DNA of 64,000 bases from Octopus vulgaris. Taxonomy: Eukaryota. Under the pieces are notes generated by a model, which did not search any database, was not told the origin of the DNA, and saw only the letters and a list, made by a program, of their open reading frames with translations. Numbering within the stretch: the first letter of the stretch is position 1; each line of letters opens with the position of its first letter. The stretch spans positions 73,966,001-74,030,000 of the forward strand of contig OX597825.1 of the NCBI GenBank assembly GCA_951406725.2, written 5' to 3'. The position numbers and the translations under genes were made by a program. Below are positions 53,260 to 64,000 of this stretch, piece after piece.

Positions 53260-54568
53260 GTCACTTTATTCAGAGGTTTAGATGCTGTAAGATTTACAGC
53301 TTGGCTACTGGTCTGGGAAATGGAGGCATTCAGCAAGATAATACTCATTAAGGCGGTGACCTGGCAGAAATGTTAGCACGCCGGGTGAAATGCTCAGCGG
53401 TATTTCGTCTGCCGTTACGTTCTGAGTTCAAATTCCGCCGAGGTCGACTTTGGCTTTCATCCTTTCGGAGTCGGTAAATTATGTACCAGTTGTGCACTGG
53501 GGTCGATATAGTCGACTTAATCCATTTGTCTGTCCTTGTTTGTCCTCTCTGTGTTTAGTCCCTTGTGGGTAGTAAAGAAATAGATATTTCGTCTGCTGTT
53601 ACGTTCTGAGTTCAAATTCCGCCGAGGTCGACTTTGCCTTTCATCCTTTCGGGGTCGGTAAATTAAGTACCAGTTACGCACTGGGGTCGATCTAATCGAC
53701 TTAATCCGTTTGTCTGTCCTTGTTTGTCTCCTCTGTGTTTAGCCCCTTGTGGACAATAAAGAAATAAGATAGTATTGGAGACATGCTGTGGCATTTTGGT
53801 CAAAACTGTAGAAATGATGATTACACAAGTTTACCCAAACATTGGACATAATTTTCAATATCATGATTGGCTGTAATTGCACCAAAGAATGAAAGTTGTC
53901 AATTGAAATCTAATGCAATCAATCAATACTGAGGAAGAAAAATTATTTCTTAATCGATACTGTTGTGGACCCAAATGAGGCTGTGAATTATCCTATCGAG
54001 TTTCTTAACTGTATGGATCCTCCTGGAATGCCTTCTTACAAAGTGACATTGAAGAAAGCAGTTCTACTCGTGCTTTTGAGAAATCTGGATCCTCAAAACT
54101 GTGCTCTGGAACAAAACTAATTGTCAGGCAAATGCATCCACATCTTTTGGAAGTAACGATCCTCACTGGACAAGGAAAGGGAGAAAATGCGTTTATTTCA
54201 AGATATCCACTGATTCTTTGAATTCAAGAGACTTCAATTTCCAGTAGGAGTTAGTTTCCCAATATCAATTAACAAGATTCAAAGACAATCACTGAAACTT
54301 GTTGGTCTTCACCTCATACAGCAGTGCTTTCCTCATGGTCAGATCTAAGCTGGTTGTTCTTGAGTCGGAAATGGCAACAATCTCTTCATACTCACCCCAA
54401 ATGGTAAAACCAAGAATGATGTTTATCCTACTGCTTTACAACGATCGCCAAATGTCACAGCGATACAAAATTCTCCAAATGTGATACAATCTGCTATAAA
54501 TCTGAGCTGGGTTAGACCTCCGCAGGAGTTAGGTTTAAAATCCGCACGAAATGCGGATTTTCAACTAG
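53260..54568 (+). mobile_element. Helitron remnant with decayed PIF1-family helicase C-terminus and intact 3' end
   Basis: IDTVVDPNEAVNYPIEFLN..PPGMP..LLRNLDP..GTKLIV..FEFKRLQFPV..INK..QSLKLVGL..FPHGQ; hairpin AAAATCCGCA-CGAAA-TGCGGATTTT (54537-54561) then CTAG|T; 5' part may extend to ~52750. Confidence 0.92.
53351..53768 (+). mobile_element. SINE A dimer (184-bp period) inserted in the Helitron
   Basis: Units start at 53400 and 53584; possible TSD AAGATAATACT/AAGATAGTATT. Confidence 0.9.
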
Positions 54569-54572
54569 TATA

Positions 54573-54781
54573 TACTCTTTTACTCTTTTACTTGTTTCAG
54601 GCATTTGACTGTGGCCATGCTGGAGCACTGCCTTTAGTCGAGCAAATCGACCCCAGGACTTATGTTTTGTAAGCTTAGTACTTATTCTATCGGTCTCTTT
54701 TGCCGAACCGGTAAGTTACGGGGACGTATACACACCAGCATCGGTTGTCAAACGATATTGATGACAAGCACAGACACAAAA

Positions 54782-54827
<46 letters not shown>

Positions 54828-55017
54828 ACACATATATATATATATATACATATATACGACGGGCTTCTTTCAGTTTCCGTCTACTAAATCCACTCACAAG
54901 GCTTTGGTCGGCCCCAGGCTATAGTAGAAGACACTAGCCCAAGGTGCCACGCAGTGGAACTAAACCCGGAGCCCTGTGGTCGGTAAGTAAGCTACTTACC
55001 ACACAGCCACTCCTGCG

Positions 55018-55020
<3 letters not shown>
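54573..55020 (-). mobile_element. SINE family B, full length
   Basis: Reverse-complement tail, (CA)n/(TA)n tract, head ending ACTCCTGCGCCT. Confidence 0.9.
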
Positions 55021-55053
<33 letters not shown>

Positions 55054-55060
<7 letters not shown>

Positions 55061-55126
55061 GCATAGGACACCATCAGCGTTGGGGAGACCAAATGTGAGA
55101 TGTTTGGGCTCGGTCACGTGTCAACC

Positions 55127-55188
<62 letters not shown>

Positions 55189-55262
55189 GGTTGACACGTG
55201 ACCGAGCCCAAACATCTCACAGTTGGTCTCCCCAACGCTGATGGTGTCCTATGCAGTTTCTA
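55054..55262. repeat. ~85-bp inverted repeat centred on a (TA)n tract
   Basis: TAGAAATGCATAGGACACCATCAGCGTTGGGGAGACC..GTCAACCATATATACAT versus ATGTATATATGGTTGAC..CCTATGCAGTTTCTA. Confidence 0.93.
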
Positions 55263-55711
55263 ATTCCTGCAAGGCTTTTAGAAGTTATCTTACACTAGCC
55301 AAAAGTCAGCCCCACCCCCCAGTAATATCCCAGCCGTCTCGATGCTGGGGGCCTACAATACCCAATGTATCCATTGGCCGACTCACAAGCACAGCAAGAC
55401 AAGGTGCACGAGCGATCAAGCCGGATGTTTCATTGGTAGACAGAGGTTCCCCCGTGTCTACGCTCGTGCCTGAGTAGGTCTGCCTTTGAGAAGCAAACAC
55501 GACAATACTGGTCATACGGAAGAGTTTATTTTATGCCCTTCACTGGAAGAAGGCGTACGAGTGGCTCTGTGGTAAGTAGCTTGCCCACCAATCACTGCAT
55601 GGCACCTTGGGAAAGTGTCTTCTATTATAGCCTCGGACCGACCAAAGCCTTGTGAGTGGGGGGGGGACAAACACAGACATGCAAATACATATATATATAT
55701 ATATATATATA

Positions 55712-56187
55712 TGGTGGCTGTCTACTCCTTATGCAGTCTGACCACCTTCTATACCTACACCTTAGATTCATTTTGGTGTCTGATGTGGCTTTTGAAACCA
55801 AACAATGTTTTGAAAAGTCATCCACATAGATTATATATCTGATTTAGACCACCAAGAGCTGCAGTTAAGTTCTGGTATTTGTAGATCTTAAAATGTCTTT
55901 TGAGGTCTCCGTTAGATTTGCAGACCTTAAGGCATACATAGCATTGAAAGGTATGAACATAGCATTGAAAGGTATGGCGGCAGAATACTTGATGGAGGTT
56001 CGTTTTTCATGGGTCTGCAAATGAGATTTGAACTCGGCAAAAGAGAGGCATGGTCCGTCACAAACTGTGCATGCAAAAAGAGGTCATTGTGATTCACCTT
56101 ATCGATCGTAACATTCTTCATTAAATCTCTTTTGAGTTTTACATGCGTTTTCCTGGCCTCTTCAACTGCCTTCACTCCACTCCACAC
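55712..56187 (-). pseudogene. RTE-clade LINE 3' fragment ending at (AT)n
   Basis: WSGVKAVEEARKTHVKLKR, then frameshifted CTVCDGPCLSFAEFKSHLQTH and VCKSNGDLKRHFKI zinc-finger-like motifs typical of RTE C-termini. Confidence 0.7.
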
Positions 56188-56270
56188 TTTTCAATACATA
56201 TACATATATGTATGTACGTGTATTTATATAAGTACATATACGTACGTATATGTGTGCGTGTATGCGTGTA

Positions 56271-56311
<41 letters not shown>

Positions 56312-56473
56312 ATAATCATCGATTCTTCTCTGAAATATTTATCAGACCCAAATTAAAATGCCAAAGAGGTGACATTTCTCTAATGAATTATCAATATATA
56401 TCAAGTTTATTAGAAAATGTCAAGAGACAATTTGTGCGTTTGGTACCACAAAGTACATAATAGCAATTACTAT

Positions 56474-56481
56474 ATTTGTTG

Positions 56482-56527
<46 letters not shown>

Positions 56528-56558
56528 CGTTATTATTGTTATTATTATTGCTATTATC

Positions 56559-56614
<56 letters not shown>

Positions 56615-56622
56615 CATTATTA

Positions 56623-56664
<42 letters not shown>

Positions 56665-56740
56665 TTATTATTATTATCATTATTATTATTATCATTATTA
56701 TTATTACTATTATTCTTCTTCTTATTATTATTATTATTAA
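56474..56740. repeat. (ATT)n compound microsatellite
   Basis: Directly visible. Confidence 0.95.
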
Positions 56741-57023
56741 TATTTTGTAAATAAAAACTAAACCATATTGATTGCAATTAGTAATAAACTTTGAACGGAA
56801 AAATATTCATTCTGAAATTAGTATTTTTACAATTTCAGAATTTGTGATTGAGTTATTTTTGTCAAACTTCGGGTCAGAGTTTTAAGTTCATCGTCCTGTG
56901 TATATTAAGGCAAAATCAGTTATCCGGTTAGGCTTATTGGCAGAGTCGAACACCACCACCACACCTGGCTATCTATCTTATATCTGTTTGCCTGCCTTAT
57001 ACCTGTCAGCAGCTTCTTATACC

Positions 57024-57107
57024 ATAGCAGCACCTACTCCTGTTTCAGCTTTAGTACATTCATCTACTTTGGTTACAGCAGGAGTGTATTTATTAATTTG
57101 ATTTTAT
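57024..57107 (+). pseudogene. nad5: Micro-NUMT of mitochondrial NADH dehydrogenase subunit 5
   Basis: ATA(Met in invertebrate mt code)[29 protein letters not shown] matches the conserved ND5 motif [27 protein letters not shown]; CGA>TGA explains the Arg position. Confidence 0.9.
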
Positions 57108-57189
57108 ATCTGTCTGTCTATTTATCAATCGCTCTCTACCTATCTCTCTGTCTTTCTGTCTCTGTCTGTCACTCAGTCTGTCTCTCTCC

Positions 57190-57220
<31 letters not shown>

Positions 57221-57222
57221 AC

Positions 57223-57299
<77 letters not shown>

Positions 57300-57510
57300 T
57301 TATCCATCTATCTGTTTGTCTATCTATCTATATATCTATCTATCTATTTCGTCCTTTGTTCGATTAGGGTGCGTGATGTATGTATGTATCTTGCAAGGAG
57401 TTCAACATTTTCAATTTCGATTGAATCCTATCGACGGAGGGTAAACATGTATACACACACACACACATAAGCACACATACATACATACGTATATACATGT
57501 ATATTTCTAC

Positions 57511-57560
<50 letters not shown>

Positions 57561-57562
<2 letters not shown>

Positions 57563-57970
57563 GAGGTGCAATGGCCCAGTGGTTAGAGCAGCGGACTCGC
57601 AGTCGTAGGATCACAGTTTCGATTCCCAGACTGTGCGTTGTGAGTGTTTATTGAGCGAAAACACCTACAGTTCCACTAGGCTCCGGCAGGGTGGGGTGGG
57701 GGTTGCGATCCCTGCTATACTCTTTCGCCACGACTTTCTCTCATCCTTTCTTCTGTTGGCCTGCTCACTTAGCCAGCGGGGTGTCGTCATTTGAAGGCTA
57801 AAACAATGCGAAGCGCATTGTGACCAGCAATGTGCAGCAACATCTGATAGACTGGTCGGTCACGGTGATCACGGTGATATATATATATATATATATATAG
57901 TGGAGGCGCAATGGCCCAGTGGTTAGGGCAGCAGACTCGCGGTTGAAGGATCGTGGTTTCGATTCCCAGA
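57561..57970 (+). mobile_element. SINE C with tail type 3 (57561-57877) plus a head-only copy (57901-57970), both in (TA)n
   Basis: Family C head; tail TTGGCCTGCTCACTTAGCCAGCGGGG..TCACGGTGATCACGGTGA. Confidence 0.88.
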
Positions 57971-59741
57971 TATATGTATATATATATAGATAGATACATA
58001 CACATGTTTGTTGTTGTGTGTGTGGGGGGGAATGCAAATGTGCGTTTGTGAGGGGAGATAGATGAAGAGATAAATAGAGAGAAGGATGAGGCGTGGATAG
58101 GAAATAATATTATTCATATTGCACCTTGTAAGGTATTTAAACTTTAAAAGGTGTGACGTTGAGTATTTGTAGATTCATCATTGAAATATGTGCGATATGA
58201 AGGATACCAAATAAGGATATAAATTAAGAAAGAACGCATTGAAATCAAAGCGCTGCTCTGATATATTCGCTACATATATAGGAAGGTAAGTGGGAGTTTA
58301 AACAAAGCGGAAATTTCTAGAGTGAAGATGGAAGAATATAATTATAGTGCTTTAAAATTAATTATAAAGGTTCTTAATAAAAACAAGTTTAAATCATATT
58401 TGAATAATAAATCAAATATGTCTTTCTTAAAGGGGAAATAATTACTCTTATTAATGTACCGTATACATTACATCAGGAATAATTACATATAGTATTGAAA
58501 CTTGCATAAGCGGTAATTATTGTCTTTTTTAATCAATGGGTTTCGATCATTAGCTGTAATATTGAATGATTTATTCTAAAGTATAATAAAAATTTTCATA
58601 TTTGTTTTGGTTTCAGGATGAATTTTTAAAAAATACCCAAGAATTAAAGTTAAGAATATTTTATAAAAATGAATGCCATGCAAATTCTTATGAGGAATAA
58701 TTGTATTTTCTGTCTATTCTATTTTAGTCTTAAAATTTACAGTGCGTTAAATGTAAGAGAATGTGTTATGATTTATAAGAGAATGTGTTATGATTTAAGT
58801 TGTGTCGCAGTGGAGCGTGAGAATATGATAATGCTCAACTCTCAAAAGTACTGATCTTAATATAATGCAAAACAATTGGATACACGATGGCTATACAAAT
58901 AGCTACCACTAAAACTAATTAATTATGCAAACCTTGGGCTTGGGTTTCTGCTTGGATGGTAGTAAGTAATTTACGAAACTTGAGGAAATTGTAAATTGAA
59001 TTTTAATGGTAAGTACACCCCCTTAATACACAATATTTTACTGAATGGTGTAATGTCGTCTTTTGTTTAATAAAGAAATGGTTTTTAAAATTCATAGATT
59101 TATTGAAGCTTATTGTAGATTAAAAAGCTAATTTTATAAAATACATGTAATTTTCGTAAAGGTGCATGATCTAATGTCTAGGCTGTTCAAATCGTGAGAT
59201 CGTGGCTTCAGTTCCTTTTGTTGTTGTTGCTAAGCAACAAGACGGATAAGGGTGATTAGGTGATGGTCTAGAGCTTAGGGTTGGGAGACCCCAGACCTTG
59301 GAAAAAGAACTTTGATCGTCATGTAGTATTGTCTTTTTTAATCAATAGGTTTCGATCGTTAGTTGTAATACTGAATGTTAATTTATTGTAGGCTTCAGTT
59401 CCTTTACAAAGTGGTCCATAGTGTTCTTGAGTAAACAGCTCATCTCACGTTGCCCTGCGGTCACTTCGAAATCTGACACGTGGTTGACCGCACCTATTAA
59501 GGGAACGCCAGTTTGCTGGGAGCGAGCTAATATTCAACACATACCTTTGATCACTATAAACAAATCAGTTGTGAAAATTATTTGCGCAGGTTGTTCAGCA
59601 GGACTGCCTTTTTCTTACTACGACAGACGACCATCATTATATAATTTTTCAGAGTGAAGATTAATAATCTATAATGAGTGAATAAGAGGTAAAGCTATAC
59701 ACTTTTAATATATATATCTGCATGCAAGCATTCATTATGTA

Positions 59742-59800
<59 letters not shown>

Positions 59801-59879
59801 ATACATACATACTTATGTGTATAGACACTCATACACATACAAGTATATATTTATGTACCCTTGCTTATGTTTATAGACG

Positions 59880-59936
<57 letters not shown>

Positions 59937-59954
59937 GTATATATATATATATAT

Positions 59955-60155
<201 letters not shown>

Positions 60156-60919
60156 GTAGGTGAGAAAGTTGGTGTGTGAAAGCATGTGGTTGGATGTATA
60201 AAAATAGAAAAGAGTGAAAAAAACAACAAAAACCTTGTTTTATATACATACATACATAGACAGTAAGACAGTTTGTTACTTACCGACCTACGTATGTGTG
60301 TATGCATGTATGTATGTATTCGTGTATTCATGTATGTAATAAAGGCATAAATGTATTTCAAGGCTAATATGTTTATGATTTCAAAGGTGGGAACATGGCA
60401 GAAATATAAGAATATGAATCAGATGACGGGAAAATAACGAAACAAAGAGGCAAGGAAGCGAACGAAGGAGCTGGAGGATATGAGTAAATTACGGGAGTTA
60501 TAACAATTTGTAGGTGCAACGAAAACAAAGAAATGTTTAATGGTATTGTCAATTGATTGATAGGTGAGTAGGCAATTAAGGTATAACGAGCTGGTAATGA
60601 AATCTTGCTTCATATAAATATATTGCTTAAAGAACCTAGTCATTTCTCGAGATATTGGTTTTTTAAAATTATTTTGATCAGTAATGTTATGTTCTATAAT
60701 TGTATCGTATCTGGGTAATTATGGGACAATTATAAGAATATAGATATGTGCGTATATTTGGTAGATATTTATCTATTTGTGTAAGTAATATTTTTTACAA
60801 GTATTTTGAGTTTCTAAGTGTTCTGTATCTGCATCACGAGACTAAGTATGAACAGCTATTAAACTGATAAATGTTGGGGAACATATGTTCATTGCTTCGT
60901 TCCGGATTCCCATTTGTTA

Positions 60920-61132
60920 ATACACACACGAACACACATACACGCACGCACGCACACACACAAATACACACACACATACATACATATATACATACATATA
61001 TACATACATATATACATACATACAAACATACATGCAAACATACATACATACATACATACATACATACATACATACATGCAAACATACATACATACAGACA
61101 TACATGCATGCATACATACATACATACATACA

Positions 61133-61166
<34 letters not shown>

Positions 61167-61228
61167 CATACAAACATACATACAAACATACATACATACA
61201 CATATACAGACAGACATACATGCATGCA

Positions 61229-61260
<32 letters not shown>

Positions 61261-61326
61261 CATACATACAAACATACAAACATACAAACATACATACATA
61301 CATACATACATACATACATACATACA

Positions 61327-61358
<32 letters not shown>

Positions 61359-61408
61359 CATACATACATACAAACATACAAACATACATACATACATACA
61401 TACAAACA

Positions 61409-61440
<32 letters not shown>

Positions 61441-61584
61441 CATACATACATACATACATATACATACATACATACAAACATACAAACATACATACATACA
61501 TACATACATACACATACATACAAACATACAAACATACATACATACATACATACATACATACATACATACATACATGCATGCATG

Positions 61585-61616
<32 letters not shown>

Positions 61617-61630
61617 CAAACATACATACA

Positions 61631-61664
<34 letters not shown>

Positions 61665-61674
61665 CAAACATACA

Positions 61675-61708
<34 letters not shown>

Positions 61709-61800
61709 CATACAAACATACAAACATACATACATACATATATACATACATACATACATACATACATACATACATACATACATACATACATACATACACG
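60920..61800. repeat. ~880-bp degenerate (TACA)n microsatellite
   Basis: Directly visible; explains all 260-333 aa ORFs here. Confidence 0.98.
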
Positions 61801-61965
61801 CACTCACAAAACTATAATTTATTAGTGTCTTATACGACACTGATATGTCATAGATTCGGAAAGGTCTGTTAGAACATAATGCAAAAATGAAAGCATTGTG
61901 ACGGTTTCGAAAGATGACGGTTACCGTTGTTCTATCTCCAGAACTACTTAGAACAAACCTATACT

Positions 61966-62386
61966 ATTTCTTTACTACCTACAAGGGGCCAAACACAGAG
62001 AGGACAAACAAGGACAGACAAACGGATTAAGTCGATTATATCGACCCCAGTGCATAACTGGTACTTATTTAATCGACCCCGAAAGGATGAAAGACAAAGT
62101 CGACCTCGGCGGAATATGAACTCAGAACGTAACGGCAGACAAAATACCTATTTCTTTACTACCCACAAGGGGCTAAACACAGAGAGGACAAACAAGGACA
62201 GACAAACGGATTAAGTCCATTATATCGACCCCAGTGGGTAACTGGTACTTAATTTAATCGACCCTGAAAGGATGAAAGGCAAAGTCGACCTCGGCGGAAT
62301 TTGAACTCAGAACGTAACGGCAGCCGAAATACGGCTACGCATTTAGCCCGGCGTGCTAACGTTTCTTCCAGCTCGCCGCCTTCTAT
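61966..62386 (-). mobile_element. SINE A dimer (185-bp period) with a single 14-bp TSD
   Basis: AACAAACCTATACT at 61952-61965 and 62387-62400. Confidence 0.93.
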
Positions 62387-63144
62387 AACAAACCTATACT
62401 GATGTGGGACAGACCTCAATACATAATCTGTACATAATAGGAAAATAAAATACATACTTTGACAATAGTGACTCTAGATCTACTCATAATATAGACGTTA
62501 TATAAGAAATCAAATGCGCAGAGCTTGAATATAACTGCGCAGTCTATGAAAATATCCAGCTGTGTTAAAGTCGATTGTCCCTTCCTTCAGGTAGTAAAGG
62601 AAAATATATAAAGGAAATTGTATGAAAAGAAGTTCGAAAAGATGTATAAAAGAGACTTAGTGTACTCTTTAACCCGTATATGTTTTGCAGAAAGATAGAT
62701 TTGTCAATACTTGTATTGTGTTTCCAAGATTGTTTCTATATTCTGCAAATGAAATCAGATGAACTTGTAATACTTCTAGACGCCATTGACTTATTGTAAT
62801 GTGGAATGTTAAGCTTGAAGCAATGTTTAGCCTTATCTGCTGTCAATAGAAAGCGGAACTTGAAGTCACTATTTTACTGATATTCTTTAAGTGATAACAG
62901 ACAGAACTTGGTAACATGTACCATATATTTACTAATAGTTTTATTGCCCACGCAGTTGCAATGAGATACAGTCTCTCGACCTTATACAAGAGTGATAGAG
63001 GGATGCCTCACCATTTTATTAGTACTCGTTTCTTTCATCTGAAAACGAAACAGCGTGAAATGAAGTGACCCCTATCTCAAGATCACAACACATTGCTCAG
63101 CCAGGGAATCGAATGCAAAACTTTACGGGCATGAAACTAACACC

Positions 63145-63372
63145 TATTTCTTTACTACCCACAAGGTGCTAAACACAGAGGGGACAAACAAGGACAGACA
63201 TAGGTATTAAGTCGATTACATCGACCCCAGTGCGTAACTGGTACTTATTTAATCGACCCCGAAAGGATGAAAGGCAAAGTCGACCTCGGCGGAATTTGAA
63301 CCCAGAACGTAGCGGCAGACGAAATACGGCTAAGCATTTCGCCCGGCGTGCTAACGTTTCTGCCAGCTCGCC
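63145..63372 (-). mobile_element. SINE A monomer with 17-bp TSD, inserted in an older SINE D-like copy
   Basis: GGCATGAAACTAACACC (63128-63144) / GGCGTGAAACTAACACC (63373-63389). Confidence 0.93.
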
Positions 63373-64000
63373 GGCGTGAAACTAACACCATTAACTTCTC
63401 GGCCACGAACCTTCATTCCTCAGAACTTTATCACAACGTCAGTTATTCATTTTATAGCGTCTTGTCAAAAGAAAGACTTCGTAAATAGCTATGCTGTAAT
63501 ATCTGTCTGATATTTGAATAACAAATACGATAAAAATATGTGAACTAATATATTTTTCGTATATAAAATGTAAGAGAAAAATGATATTTTATATAAAATT
63601 AAATTGATAAAAAATTGATAATAATGATAAAGAATAATAGATGAATTGTGAAGTCTTTAATTTCACCTAAAACGAAAATTTTTGAAGATTTTAGTATATT
63701 AAATTACAGTTTCTCATATAATGATCAGAAATATAAAACAGTTTCCTTTGAAATAACTTTTGATTCAGAAATAATTTATGATACAAAGTTATAAGTCTAA
63801 GTTAAGAGACAGAAAATGAAGGTTTGTTGCTTGTCTACAAATTACAGCTGTTATACGTAATGTTCTTTGGAATAAAACGAAAATGAAATAAAATAAAATA
63901 AAATAAAATGAAATTTAAAAAATATATATAATAAAACGAAAAGACGTGTAGTATTTCAAAAACAAAATTACTTCATGTAAAATGTATTTTCAATTTCTAT

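Noticed and set aside
56898-57101. 67-aa ORF as a functional nuclear ND5-like gene
   Set aside because: Only the last ~25 codons are ND5-like; the rest is unrelated flank, so it is treated as a NUMT.
60834-61872. ORFs of 260-333 aa in several frames
   Set aside because: Translations of a (TACA)n tract lacking stop codons; no coding signal.

Overview
Repeat-saturated, AT-rich eukaryotic genomic DNA with no confidently identifiable host gene. The tRNA-headed SINEs, the abundant (TA)n/(TATC)n/(TACA)n/(TAA)n/(CAT)n/(CTT)n tracts and a nad5 fragment that reads in the invertebrate mitochondrial code suggest an octopus (coleoid cephalopod) intergenic or intronic region; this assignment is an inference. 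Almost all listed ORFs are microsatellite artefacts. Recognisable content: four SINE families (labelled A-D here), fragments of R4/Dong, RTE, CR1, Penelope-like and mariner elements, two Helitrons, a Helentron-type non-autonomous element, a hAT MITE with an 8-bp TSD, and an ~84-bp nad5 NUMT. Most interesting observations: (1) about eight minimal hammerhead-ribozyme motifs in at least six unrelated sequence contexts, one with all core nucleotides intact (34439-34482); (2) SINE A forms fixed-register ~185-bp head-to-tail multimers whose junction lies in the loop of its own anticodon-position hairpin, with array-private variants, suggesting a circular or multimeric RNA template; (3) several fold-back/palindromic elements sitting in (TA)n tracts; (4) SINE head/tail module swapping; (5) retroelement classes partitioned among microsatellite types. 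All coordinates were read by eye and may be off by a few bases.
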